Source: the human T2T-CHM13v2.0 reference genome, Homo sapiens. Taken from it: 64,000 nt of DNA. Every line of letters begins with the position of its first letter. Position 1 is the first letter of the stretch. The stretch lies in NCBI RefSeq assembly GCF_009914755.1, contig NC_060925.1. One strand, written 5' to 3'. The position numbers and the translations under genes were made by a program. The notes below the pieces were generated by a model. That model saw only the letters and a list, made by a program, of their open reading frames with translations, had not been told where the DNA came from and ran no database searches. Positions 13,621-27,599 of this stretch are shown in pieces.

Positions 13621-15007
13621 AGATGCTATTAATACATGCAGTACAGGAGTCAAGGATCCTTTCTCCCTCAGCCTTGGGGAGGAAGGCGGGGCTGGAGTAG
13701 TCTTCAAGCAGAGGTAAGACTACTTACCTTCAAGAGCATGCCTGAAGGAGGAGCTGAAAATGACTCAGTGTGTCAGTCTGGAGGTTGTGTGGGTCGGGAC
13801 GGGGGTGAGTACAGAGGGAAGTAGCAGGAATTAGGCCAGAGAGGTTAACGGGGGCCAGGTTCAAAAAGCTTTGTGTGCCAAGTGAAGGATTCGTATTAAA
13901 AGGAAAATGGGAGGCCATAAAGGGGATATGAGAATGTGACAGGAGTACACTTGAATTTTAAAATATCACTTTGGGAGAATCAGTTGCCAGTGCTGGATCA
14001 TCACATCTTGAACTAGAGTCATAGCTGCAGTTATGAACAGACTGGAATATTTAGGATGTTAAACTGGCCAGAACTGTTGGTTAATTGGATGCGTGCTTAT
14101 GTGCACCCATGAGTTTGAACTGGGTGAGGTCATGGGTGGAAGGTGAAAGTGCGGTGAGGGAGGAATAAAACATAACAAGTCTCAGGCCTCAGTGGCCAAC
14201 AGAAGTTTCTAGGCAGGAAATCTATAGTTCCACTTGGAAGTACAATTATATCCAGACATATGACAAGAATCAAGATGTTCCACCTGCTTTCTCGTGGAAA
14301 CACTGTACCTCATGGTAGTCCACGATTAATAATATATTTTAAGTACATCATGGGTTAAATAGGCTTTTGAAGGCTGAGTTAGATACCTAAACTCTGTGTA
14401 TGACATGATTTCCATCAGGTCACAGTTTCAAACAACTGAGTTAAAACACCATCTAGGCCTCCGTGGAGACAGGGGTTATGTTTGTTTTGCCGCTTACTCA
14501 ATACTCAGCCCTGGCACAGGGTCACTCAATGGGTGAATAAATGAACGTACTGCTTTGGAGAGCTGGGCTTGTGTATATCACACTGCTTATATATAATTAG
14601 AACAAAAATATATACAAAATGTACAGCAACTCTCACAATGAATAATCTATGTGACCTTTCAGCCTTATGCATTACTTTAGCTATTTTTTAGGTGTGTAGT
14701 AGTTACTATATTTTGGAAATGACCTCTAAGAAACTGTATTATTTTCCAGGAATCTATTGATTTTTCTAAAATCTAATGTACTTAACAGGCTATGGTAAAA
14801 GAATCTCTACTTCCCCTCTAGCCTGCAGTAAGCATGCACATTAGTTGGTTATAATGAGTGGATAAAGGCCCAGATAGCATCAGAGGATCTGAGTTCCAGT
14901 CTTGATCCTTCAGTACATTAGGGCTATGATGTTAGGTGGGTGATGACTTATCCTCATTGAGTCTCCTCATTGGTCAAATCTGGAAAGCAGCAAGGTCTGC
15001 TTTACTA

Positions 15008-15638
<631 letters not shown>

Positions 15639-16564
15639 AGCTGTTCTGAGGACCAGATGAGATAATGACACTAAAGAACCAAGTGCAGAGATGAAAAGCT
15701 GAGCTTTGCATAACCAAAGCTGGTGCTGTAACTACTTGGCAGCTCCAATTATGGTGGCAGGAAGGCATTTACATCTAGCTCCGAAACCTGAGAAACTACT
15801 GAAAACATACTGACCATTCAAATAGCCAGAGAATGTTGGTTGATTTGGGAAGGCATTTCCTGGTAAAGGGGCTGCCAGGGATGGGGTTGTCTCTGATGCA
15901 TGTAGTGATGTGAGGAAAGGCACCACGGGGCATGAAGTCAGGCAAGATTTGGGCAACGTGAGCAGATGTATCTGGCTAAAGCTGGAGAATCATGGTGGGA
16001 AAACTAGCTTGGCCTTGAAAGCTGGGTGAAGGAATTTGTTACTTACGCAAAAGGAGAGGGGGTAGTGTCCTAGGTGCTTGAGGGGCTAGAGGAAGATGTT
16101 TCTGGCAGGTGGTGCAGCATGGGCACCAGGGGAGGAAGACAACACAGGGATCCTAGGCTCTCATTGGCAGCATCAGGAGACATAGAAGTTGGAACCAGAA
16201 GGCAGAGAAGTTTAGCTATGCTTCTGGGATAAATGTCCATGGGAATGTGGGACAGAGGATAAATTATTTCACAGGCTTTTTCTCCCAACTCTTGCTTTTC
16301 TGGGACCTGGAGCTTGGGTGGCAATAGGACATATAGTGAGGGAGCAGAGCAGGCATGTGCTTGCTGATAGGTAGGAGCCAATGGATGCAAGCTTGTCATC
16401 CCTGGGCAAAACACAGAAAGGAAGAGTGGATGCAGACTGTGTGTTTATGGCAGATAAGAAAAGATTTCCTAGAATACCACTGAACATATAGTATATAGAA
16501 AAAGCTATTAATTAAAAGTTTAAAAACAGCTTGAGGCTTCATGAGAAAGAAAGAGTGTACAGAA

Positions 16565-16790
16565 TACATTCATTCATTCCCACACTCATTTATCCAGTTT
16601 CAAATACTATTTATGGTGTCTTTCCCATGTCCTGGATAATGAGCTTGGGCTAGCAATATAGAGATAGGGAAGTCTGTTGCTGCTGACCTCAAGGAGCTCT
16701 TAGTCCAAGAGAAAGGAGAGACATATAAAAGACAAGTAAGAATAACTGAGGTGTATGTTGAAGAGCACAAATCACAGAAATAATTCACAG
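16565..16790 (-). mobile_element. L2 LINE 3' fragment
   Basis: cattcattcattc...tatttat...ctgacctcaaggagctcttagtc...ggagagacata. Confidence 0.6.
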
Positions 16791-17187
16791 GAAATAGAAG
16801 TCACGTTGATCAACAGTTTCTTCTAAGTCTCAAGTATAAAAAGACTCTTTCCCTCAAGCAAAATGGAAGCAACCACCAACCCGGACGTGAGGGGAGTGTT
16901 AGGCAAAACTTCCTGTAGGGGCCATTTTTATGAGAGATTTAAAAATGAGGGAACAGGAGAAGAAGAGTGAGGATCATTTTTGAGGTGTTTGTATAAACAT
17001 TAAGTCTGTGACATCCCTCCATCTGTGAAACACTTTATGGTTCATAGAATTAAAAAAAAATAAAGTGGAAGGAAGTTTACAGAAAATCCAGGGGCTTCTA
17101 AACCACATTCATGAATTCTTAGGTAATTCACAGAGGGGCTTCTGGAGCCTCTATGGAGTTGGGGGTGGATTACATGATTGCATGTTA

Positions 17188-17351
17188 TAGGACTGGGTAT
17201 ATAATTTGTAGGGTCCAGTGCAAAATGAAAATGAATGACAGACCTGTTTTTCAAAAATCATTACAAATTACAAGATAGTGACAGCAGAGCATTAAGCCAA
17301 GTGCTGGAGACAGGACCTGAATCAGGTCACACATCCTTGAAGCCAGGTCCG
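17188..17351 (-). mobile_element. MER45A-like hAT-Tip100 DNA transposon
   Basis: aggactgggtatataatttgtagggtccagtgcaaaatgaaaatg...gacagcagagcattaagccaagtg...tgaagccagg is the reverse complement of the MER45A consensus. Confidence 0.7.
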
Positions 17352-18094
17352 CACATCATAATCTCCATTTTAGAAAGTTGTGTAGGCAATTATATAAAGA
17401 ATGAATAATTTCAACCAGCAAGAGTAGGGGCTATTAGGAAATTTTTATTAGCAATCCAGGTAAGCCATAATGAGGGCCTGAACTAAGTCTGTACAAGTGG
17501 GAGAGGAGAGCAGTTTTATCATCCTAGGTAATACGACTGTTCACCTTTACTATTTAATTTTCTTCATTATATTTGTAATAACCCCCAATTTATGATATCA
17601 ACACCATAGAGCTTCATGCAATAGAAAGTACCCAATAAGAAAACTTTAATGGGATAAGAAAAACCAATTATAAGAACAAGTCAAACGTCCCTATGATTCT
17701 ATGTTAAAAATAGCCCCACTGAATTAGTGGGTGTCACTGTAAGTAAGTTAAACTTAAAAGCAAGGAATATGAGAACACAAGGGCCATTAAGAACAGTTAA
17801 ATATAAGAAATATGCTTGCTTTATGTGCAGTGGTTCCTTTCGTGTTCCTTATCTGGCAGGTGCATGTTGATTACTTGCTCACTCTTTACTGAGAAGCCAG
17901 CAGTGCCAGAACACTGCTTTATGCCATGGCCATGTGAGTAGCAAAGAACCATGCTGGAAATCAAAATCCCACTCTCTTCCAAAAAACTACAGAGACATTC
18001 GCCACCCAGAACGAAGTGCCCAGGGTAAGGGACCTGGAATTCTGCATGGTCAGCCACCTCAACGTGCACCTGGGTTTACTGGCTGCAAGGGGGA

Positions 18095-18330
18095 GGCAAT
18101 GGAATGAAGCAGTTCTGAGAACAGACACGGGGGACGTTCTGGATTCAGATCCTGTCTCCAGCATATACCAGCTGTGTGACTGTGGGCAAGTTAATGAATT
18201 TCTTTGAGCCTCAGTTTTCTCATCTTTAATTTGAGAATTATAATAGTACCTATGGAATTTGACTATAAGGATTAAATGAGATAATCTATGTAAAGCACTT
18301 AGCACAGTACTGGCATAAATAATAGAAGGA
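18095..18330 (+). mobile_element. MIR SINE
   Basis: agctgtgtgactgtgggcaagttaa...gagcctcagttttctcatct...aggattaaatgagataatctatgtaaagcacttagcacagt. Confidence 0.85.
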
Positions 18331-19382
18331 CATTACTTATTATTCACACAAATACAGTGTACCCTTCTGTGAAAAAATAAGAGTTAAAAGGTCCTAAGTT
18401 TTAGGGCTTTTTAGAGTGTGTAAAGAGCATTCTGAAGTGGGCTGCTGAAGGGTCCTGTGCTGTGCAGATGCTGACATGGCCATAAGCAGCCATAGACTCA
18501 GCTAGAGACAAGGAGTCCTCCAGCCAGCATCTCCAAACCCAACCCAGTTGTTTCCACATCTACAGGCATGTTAGAAGTACTCAGAATTGTTTACTGGTGT
18601 GTAACAAAATTTCCTGATCCTCAGGATGTGCATGGATCCCCTTCAGGCAGTATCTCCAACTATGGGATTGCTTAAAAGTTTTCCCAGTTGAGACTGGAGT
18701 GGTGAAGAGGCTACTTAGTAGGAGGACGTGTGGGGTCTTCTATAAATGCCAAGGTGTATCAGACAGTCTTTGTTGGTTTTAACAGAATTGCCAGAGAAAA
18801 TGCAAATGGTTACTTTATTTAAGGAATTAGACCTATTTATTCAGAACAATCGATCCTATGCTTTGTGTAGGCACAGCCTCTAAGTCTTGGGTATTTTTCC
18901 TGCATCAGAATACATTGAGACAATAGATTTATTAGAGGACAAGGGCAAGTCATCTATTAGAAAGTCTTACTTCCAAATAATGAGCACTGAATATATGGCT
19001 GTTGTTGTTTGAACCAATCAACCTATTTTTCTAAGTCTGGGTTGTATTTATGCCCCGGCTGGCATTGTGACAGCTATAGAGAAACAGTCTGTAGCCTCAG
19101 AGATGTTATAGGCTACATGAGGTAGGAATACACACATGATAACTGGACAAGGGTAATCTCTAACCTTTTTAAGAGCCACATTACCAAGGCCTGCAGAGAT
19201 CAGAACATGGGCAGTGGCAAACTAAGGGTGGGCATAGCAGCAGTCTGCCCAGGTGCAGGCAGTGAGGGGATGCAACAGTAAAACCTACTAAATGTCTATC
19301 TGCTCTTTATTGTTGCCATGCTCTAGCAATTCTAAGCAGTGTCAGTGATAACATACTCCTGCCTTCTAAATCTCTTGTTGAT

Positions 19383-19952
19383 TGTGGCACACTGTATTCT
19401 CCAAAGATGGCTATAACAGTCTCTAACCCCTTGCATTCTTGAATCTTCCCTATCAAGAGGTAGAGTCCAATTCCCCTCCCTCTGAATCTGAGCAGCCTTA
19501 GCAATTTGCTTGTATCAAGAAAATGCAGTAGATGTGACACTATGAGCTCATAAGATTGAGCTCATAAGACACATTTCTGCCTGGTTCACTGGAACACTGG
19601 TGCTTGGAGTTCTGTAGGAAGCTGCACTCCCTGGAGCTGCCTCACTGTGTGGAAGCCAAGGCATGTGAGAAGATTATGGGTAGGCTGTTGTGGTCTTCAC
19701 CTTCTCCTAGCCCAGGTGCAGTAAGGTGAATGAACAATCCTTCGGATAACTGCATGTCCTGGCTATCAAGTCACCTTTGAAGTCAGCCTTTGACTCTTCC
19801 CAGTTAAGGTTGGAAACACCATGGAGAAGAGAAAAGATAGCCACATTTTGCCTTTTTCACATATCTGACCTACAGAGTCTGTGAGCATAGTAAAATGGTT
19901 GTTTTATGCTAAGTTTGGGGTGGCTTGTTAAGGAGCAATAGTAAACAGAACA
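19383..19952 (+). mobile_element. ERVL-MaLR solo LTR (MLT1F/G/H group)
   Basis: TG...CA ends, MLT1 3' end ttggggtggcttgttaaggagcaatagtaaacagaaca, perfect 5-bp TSD ttgat (19378-19382 and 19953-19957). Confidence 0.85.
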
Positions 19953-20417
19953 TTGATATAAGTTGAAATAACTGTTGCAGTTATTGTTGAATATTAAAAA
20001 TATGTATGTAAGCTTTAAATAAGCATACTTTTGTTACATAATCTGTAATAAATACTGCATTACACATGGAAATTAATTCAAAGAATGCCCACCTATATAC
20101 ATTTGCCCCCTAGCAGACATGTGGACTCATCTACTCATATTCATCTGGAGAGTAAGCTCATAGAGGGTGGGAATCATTTGTGGCTTTTGCTCCATTTAGT
20201 GTCTCCAGCCCCTGTGGTGATGCATTTAAACAGTAGTTTTGAAAAAAAGCAAAAAGAAAAAGGAAAAAAAAAGACATGATAGCATAGTAATTGTAAAAAT
20301 GAAGAAAGAGAACTTGAGCTATTTCAATTCTTCCAATCTATGTGACCACCTGGAGTTTTTATTCATGTCTAAAACTTAAAATAATAAACTAGTGTGAATG
20401 CAAAGTATAGTATTTTA

Positions 20418-20539
20418 TTTGGGAGGCTGAAGTGGGAGAACTGCCTGAGCCCAGGAGTTCAGGGCTGCAGTGAGGAATGTACAAATAATTAAGCAGCCTG
20501 AGAAACAGGGCAAGATTGTCTCAAAAAAAAAAAAAAAAA
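20418..20539 (+). mobile_element. Old Alu right-arm monomer (FRAM/AluJ-like)
   Basis: tgggaggctgaagtgggagaactgcctgagcccaggagttcagggctgcagtgag with A tail; TSD aaagtatagtatttt on both sides. Confidence 0.85.
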
Positions 20540-20679
20540 GTATAGTATTTTTACTGGGTAAGTGCAAATTTTAGTCGATACATAAAATAGCATATTGAAT
20601 ATTTATAGCTTTAAAATTAAAATACATTTATATATTTATATAAATATAAATATATTTATTTAAATTACTTATTATATAT

Positions 20680-21240
20680 TCAAAGTAATATATATCATTC
20701 TATCACAAAGACACATGTATATTCACTGTACCACTACTCACAATAGCAAACACATGGAATCAACTATGGGCTCATAAAAGAAGATGAAGTTCTGCCCGGT
20801 TCACTGGAACACTGGTGCTTGAAGTCTAAATTCCCATCAATGGTAGACTGGATAAAGAATATGTAGCACATATATACCATGGAATACTATGCAGCTGTAA
20901 AAATAAATGAGATCATGTCCTCTAAAGGAACATGGATGGAGCTGGTGGTCATTATCCTTAGCAAACTCATGCAGGAACAGAAAACCAAAACCAAATACCA
21001 CATGTTCTCACTTACAAGTGGGACCTAAGTGATGAGAACACATACAGAGGAACAACACACACTGGGGCCTATTGGAGAGTGGAGGGTGGGAGGAGAGAGA
21101 AGATCAGGAAAAACAACTAATGGGTCCTAGGCTTAACACTTGGGTGATGAAATAATTTAGACAACAAACCCCATGACACATGTTTACCTATATAGTAAAC
21201 CTGCACATGAACCCCTGAAATTAAAATAAAATTAAAAAAT
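20680..21240 (+). mobile_element. L1 3' end (older L1PA subfamily)
   Basis: ORF2 end and 3'UTR: ccatggaatactatgcagc, ggaacatggatggagctgg, acacacactggggcctattggagagtggagggtgggagg, A-rich tail. Confidence 0.9.
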
Positions 21241-22224
21241 TAAATATATATTAAATTTTTTAAATTTAACCATGCATATATAGTATATTTTAAAAATATA
21301 CTTTACCTATTCTTATCTTAAAAATAAAAAATAAATCAATAAAATAATGATTATTATCACATAGTTATTACTGAAAATAATTTTTCCATATAGAGGAAGG
21401 GATGCTAAAAGTGATTTGCTTTTGTGTCAAATATGCTAGGTGCACCACTGAAGATGTGCAGATTAATTTTAAATAAAAAGATGAGATAAAGCCTTAAAAA
21501 GGGGACCAGCCTTAATCCAGGTTGCAAAGGTAAAAAGAATTTTTTTCCCACTACTTAGCATCTAACCCCTTTCTTGTGATTGGGAAATTCTCCACATGTA
21601 TTGTCTCCTGTGTGGGAAGCATATATTCTATGCCACCACCAAAACTAAACAAAAATCTGAGTGTGGCCTTCCTCAAAGCCTTGGCAGGCAGGCCACTGGC
21701 ACGTGATCCACACTCAACCAGATGCTCTGCAAATGATGCAAAGAAGTGGGTGAAGTGAAACATCCCCACCACTGGCAGCCACAGTGGTGGCAGTGCAGGT
21801 GGAGGCATGGAGAAGTGGTGGTGCCAGCGATACCTGGGTCCTGCAGTCACAGCCGTGTGTATCCTCAGCGTACCCTTCCTGTTGTCTGGTCTTGGCTGTG
21901 GTTCTGGCTGCTTAGGTTCTATCAGTTCCTGCTCATTCCCTGAGCCTCATTTTCGAGCCTCTCCTTTCACCTCATTTTGCTTAAATCAACTTGACTCATT
22001 TTCTATTATTTATCGTAGAGAACGCTAATGGACACACAAAAAGGTGAATATAATTTTGACGGGTGATTATGGAGGTTGGAGGCACTGGAAATGTAGGCTG
22101 AGAGAATAGCAGAAATAGTCTAGTGTAAACGAGTGGAATAGAGTGATCAAATGTAGTCTAATATGGACTGGGTTCACATGAAGTGAGAGAGGGCATTATG
22201 CAGTAAGGGAGGGGGTTCAGGTTG

Positions 22225-22580
22225 GGCACCAGGACAAAATGCCATAGGCCGAGTGGCATAAAAGACAGAATTTAATTTTCTCATAGATCTAGAGACTGGA
22301 AGTCCAAGATGAGGGTGCTGGCATACTTGAGTACTGGTGTGGGCTCTATGTGGCTTGCAGATGCTGCCCTCTTGCTGTGTCCTCACATGGTGGAGAGAGC
22401 TAGGAAGCAAGCTCTCTGCTGTCTCTTCTTATAAGGACACAATCCCATCATGAGGGCCTTACCCCTTCATGATCTCATCTAACCCTAATCAGTTCCCAAA
22501 GGCTTCATCTCCAAATATTATCACTTAGGGGTTAGGGCTTCAACATATGAATCAAGGGAGGAAAAAATTTAGTCCATAAC
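22225..22580 (-). mobile_element. MLT1A-type MaLR LTR
   Basis: ctggaagtccaagat...gctgtgtcctcacatgg...tcttataaggacac...ggggttagggcttcaacatatgaat...agtccataac. Confidence 0.85.
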
Positions 22581-22584
22581 TGGA

Positions 22585-23500
22585 GGGAAGACAGCTTTTA
22601 GCCAGGGCTAAGAGGGCCTTGTATAGCACACGTAGGAGTGTAACGCTTGAAAGGGCTTTCACTGGGAGGGCAGGCTATGGAGAGCTTTTATGCAAAGGGA
22701 TAAGCGCTTATAACTCATGCTTTAGGGGTGTTACTCCAGTGGCAAAGTGCAGAATGGACAAGGATGAGAAAAGAATTATGTTAGGAAGCTTATTGGAGAT
22801 GATCCTGCAATAGTCAAGGCAAACAACACAAAGAAGGTAAATTCAACCAGTAGAATAACATATATGAAGAGTCTGGATTTCAGAGGTATTTCAAATGTGG
22901 AACCAACAGAATTAATCAGACATCTGGATGCGGGGGTGTGGAAGAGGGAGGAGCTGAGAATGACTCAGAGATTTCAGGCTTGGGTAACGAGGGTAGGAAT
23001 GTCAATAATCAAATCAGAAGACACAAAAGCAGGAGATGGCTGGGAGCAGTGGCAAGATCATGGTTTCGGTTTTTGAAATTCTGCAAGTAAGGTGCTGATG
23101 AGACACTCCAGAGATATGTTCAAGTTAGGCGTAAAGTCTGGAGCTGAAGAGAGAGGTTAAGGCCAATGAAGGAGTTGTGGGGTTCACTTGAAAGGCGTGG
23201 AGGTGGGAATAGATGGGATCACTGTTGGAAGGGATAACAGAGGGAAGAAAAGATCTAGAACAGAAACTCGGTAATTGCTGGTAACAGTTTTCTGACATTG
23301 CAATGAAGCACTTAATGAGAAGAAAAGCAAATTTGAAGAATATAATGTTTCCAACATATTAAAAAGAGAAAAGCTCAAATAGAGGGAATAATTAAGAGTA
23401 TCTATGCTACTGAGAAGGCCAGCAAGACAAGGATCTGAAGAGGCTCTTGATAAGATCTGGGGGATGAGGTCTGAGGAGTGGTTTCAGGAGAGTGAGTGTG
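22585..23500 (-). mobile_element. Degraded L2 LINE
   Basis: Purine-rich L2-like text, e.g. ggagctgagaatgactcagagatttcaggcttgggtaac and gtctggagctgaagagagagg. Confidence 0.6.
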
Positions 23501-24048
23501 CATATGTGTGTTTGTGTGTGTGTTGTGGAGGTGGAAGGGGCAAACCCCATGTAACCGGTTTATAAGGTGAGAAAGTGTAAAATAGTCTTTCTAGAAATTT
23601 CTTTCAAAGATGCGACGGTAGCTTGAATTAACGGAATTTATTTGTGTGGTTGTGGGATTTTTTTTTTTTGATAGTGGAAGTTTTAGAATGTCCAAGGAGA
23701 AAATATTTCCCTATAATGTATAGAAGTTAATAGCATAAGTCTCTATAATAGAAAGATGCCTGATTAATGTATTTGACAGAACAAAGCAGTAAATACACTG
23801 TACATAAAGTATTTAGCACAGTAAGAACTCAATAATTATTTTTATACCTCAAATTGCTGTATTATTATAGAGAGATTTCTATTTGTTCTTTGGAGGCTTT
23901 TGTTCTCCTTCCAAGAGTTTCTTTAAATGCCATAAACAAACAAATAGCTCAAAGCAGACTGTGCTTATAAGAAGAAGGTAACCTTTCTTGTAATACAACA
24001 GAAGAAGTACCAAGAAATCTCCTCGATTTAAATGCATCCTCAATTTAG

Positions 24049-24447
<399 letters not shown>

Positions 24448-24599
24448 TACAGTGCTATATATTTTTTCCTATATGTTAAGGCACTTAAAATGTAAATATA
24501 TTTGACACAGGGAGGATCAGAGAAGATACTATATCACGCTATTAATCTCTGGCTGTGCATTAGCTTGTTAGATCCTGTCTGCATTAGAACTAGGTGAAA

Positions 24600-27130
24600 G
24601 CAGTGTGGCAGCCACAGAGGTAAATTTCTCTAATCTCTATTTCAAGAAATACTGTGTCATTGTGCTGTAAGGAGACCAGTGAGCTGAGTTTCCACCTCTA
24701 GTGCACTGGATGGTAAAAACTCCCTGCTGGGCTGGCCCCTACAAGCATGGAGAAAGTGATAGCTCTATCTGAATGAGGGTGAATTTCCTGAATTGTCTTG
24801 GCAAATGGGTAGAAGGAATTAAAAGGCTCCAGGAAGTGGGCATTGCTGGAATGTACACATCATGTGAGAACTGAAGGCCCACCAGATGATATTAGCCTTG
24901 AGGGGTGGACACCTCATTCACTGAGGCATCAGAGTGTACTGGTGAGAGGGACACCAGCATCACCCAGAAGTTCAGTGATACCTTTCCTCTGCAGGTCAGG
25001 GCTGATGGTAGGGGAAGCTGTCACAAAGCTGGGTGTCTTAATATCCATGGGGATTACAGCATCCCTGAAGAAAGAGAAGCCAGGTGCTGGGCTTAACCAC
25101 CACAAGCCAGTGGGTCCCAATTGTCATAACAATGCACAAAGCCAGAGTGACAGCCAAAGGGACTTAATACACAGAAAGTTATAGAGGTGGTTTATAGAAC
25201 ATAGCATCCCTTAGGGGCAAAATAGACGGGGAGCCACGAGACTACCTAATATATATCATCCCAAGAAAATGGGAATGTATGACATGAGGGTGGGTGCCCC
25301 AGGGAAAATCTTCAACCCTTTGCACAGTTACAACACTGAATGACTTCATTGCCTGAAGAGGCATCAGGTCCCCAGAGGGAAGGACCCTGAAACTCTGTAG
25401 GAGGTATACATTGTAATGATTTCCCCAGTCCTTCTTCAAAAAGACCCACAGTCATTTACTCAGGTTTCCATACACTGGAGAAAAAAAAATATCCAGATAT
25501 TTTGAGGATGACTGGACACAGGGTCTGTGTAGACAATGATACATGGAGACCTGAATTAGTGTCATCACGGTCCCCTGTTAGAGTAGGGACATATGAGCCT
25601 AGGTAATAAATAAGTCCAGGCCAAAGTCTGGCTGAAAGTGGATCTATTAAGTCTCTGAGCATATGCAGGGGTCATTTCCTCAGTCCATGAGTGCATAAAT
25701 GGGGATGCACAATACTTGACAAGAGGAGTAACTACTTATTAGGGGAATTTAATTGAAATATTCGGAAACTCCAAGATAATAAATAAAAAATACTACTACA
25801 TTATTGAAGGGAGGATAGTGAAGATTTAATGTCACCTCTCAAGATCTCAATAATGCAGGAGTGCTGGTTCTTCTATTTCCATGTAATTCACAAGACTGTT
25901 CAGATCCTGAAGGATAAGTGTAGACCACTGAATCTTCAACCAACTAATATTGGCCATTGATTTGTTTAATGGGTTGTTTCCAATTCCATTCCAAAAAGAG
26001 GATGAGGAACAGTTCACATTCACCTGGTACAGGCAATTCCTTACATCACAGTTGATGTCAGTGCTATATTAACCCTCCCACTCTCTGCCATAACTTAGAC
26101 TAAGGAGATAGAGATAGTTTGGATGTCCCCCAGTTTAGTCATTGATCACTTATATACAAGACATCATGCTGACAAGATAAACAAGAGTTGGCTAGCACAC
26201 TGTAGGCCTTGGTAAGACACATGCATTCCAGATTTGGGGAGATAAATCCTACAATACTCAGGGCCTAATGACATCAATAAAGATTTTAGGGATCCAGTGG
26301 TCAGTGGCATGCTAGACATTCCCTCCAAAGTAAAAGACAATTACTGCATCTCGTACCCCTACCACAAAGAAGGACGCACAATACTTTGTAGATCACTTTG
26401 GGTTTTGGGAAAAATACCTCCCATATCAGTAAGTATTGCTCTGCCCCATATACTAAATACTATTATCTGAATGTGTGTATCCCCCTCACAAATTTATATG
26501 TTGAGATCCTAACTCGCAAAGTGATGGTATTAAGAGGTGGAGTGCTTAGGTTTTGAGGGCAGAGCCCACAGAGCTAGCTCATACTTTCCACCATGTGAGG
26601 GCACAATGACTAGACACCATGTATGAACCAGAAAGCAGGCCCTTGCCAGACACTAAATTACCAGAGCCTTGATCTTGGACTTTCTAGTCTCCAAAGCTGT
26701 GAGAAATGAATTTCTTTTGTTTATATGCTATACCCAGTTTGTGATATTTTGTTAGAGCTATCTGAATGGACTAAGATACTGGGTGGCATACAAAGCTGCC
26801 AACTTTGAATAGAACCTGAAGCAAGAAAGGGCTCTGCAGCAGCAGGTACAGGCTGTGGGGAAAGCAGCTCTGGTACCTGGGCCATGGATCCAGCAGACAT
26901 TCTAGGGATTGATGTGTCAGTGGTGGGAAAACATAGAGTCTGGAGCTTATGGCAGGCTCCAGTGGGAGCATCGCAATGTATGCCCCAGGGGTCCAGGAGT
27001 AAGGCCATGTCACCTGCAGCAGATAATTGTGTCGTTTGAAAAGCAGACTCGAGCATGTTACTGGGCCTGACATCAAATGACCATGTATTCAGAGCTGCTC
27101 ATTATAAGTTGTTGTTGTTTTTCTGTTCCA
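24600..27130 (+). mobile_element. Decayed ERVL (class III, HERV16/ERV3-16A3-like) internal gag-pro-pol remnant
   Basis: Protease LDTGS (ctggacacagggtct, 25512-25526); RT motifs AIDL..F.IP..QFTFTW (~25953-26030) and YIQDIML (26151-26171); RNase H-side text after 26780; many stops and frameshifts. Confidence 0.8.
26458..26778 (+). mobile_element. MLT1A-type MaLR LTR inserted into the ERVL pol
   Basis: tgaatgtgtgtatcccc..aaatttatatgttgagatccta...gccttgatcttggactt...gaatggactaagata; pol-like sequence resumes on both sides. Confidence 0.85.
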
Positions 27131-27599
27131 CCTTGTCAAAGTGATATTACCTACCATGGAGTTCTACCCAGCTATAAGCACTGCCAGTGTTAGTTTTGTT
27201 GTTAGGCAGTCAATTGTTGCATATGGAAAAGAAGTTAAAAATACTTAGAAGTTGTCACTTTAAAAAGCAAAGCTCTTTAACACCTTAGATGATATGTAGA
27301 GCAGAACATATAAAAATTATAAAATATGCATTCACTTAAAATTAAAGAACAATTAAAATCCAATAATCAAGACTATCTATATGGCTTTTAGTGCTTGAGC
27401 TACCTGGTCACCTGGAAAATAGGACATAAGACAGGAATTTCTGGAGCACACACGTTTTCAACTATCTTCCTAATTCATATTATGCATCATTTAATTAAAA
27501 TCAACTAACAAGTTTCCTTCACTTACTGTGTGTGAGGCACTGCACTCTGGGGATAACTCAAAATTTGGCTGCCTTCTTTTCAATGGGGGTACCTTCCAG

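Larger units (their letters stand above)
19212..21450 (+). mobile_element. Arthur1-like hAT-Tip100 DNA transposon hosting nested insertions
   Basis: Termini cagtggcaaactaagg and gtcaaatatgctaggtgcaccactg form cagtgg..ccactg inverted ends; body is split by an LTR, an Alu monomer and an L1. Confidence 0.55.

Noticed and set aside
20625-21265. AT-only palindromes at 20631-20648 and ~21232-21263
   Set aside because: Low-complexity A/T sequence at L1 edges; self-complementarity is trivial.
24843-27076. ORFs within the ERVL remnant as a domesticated retroviral gene
   Set aside because: Motifs are scattered across frames with stops, deletions and an LTR insertion.
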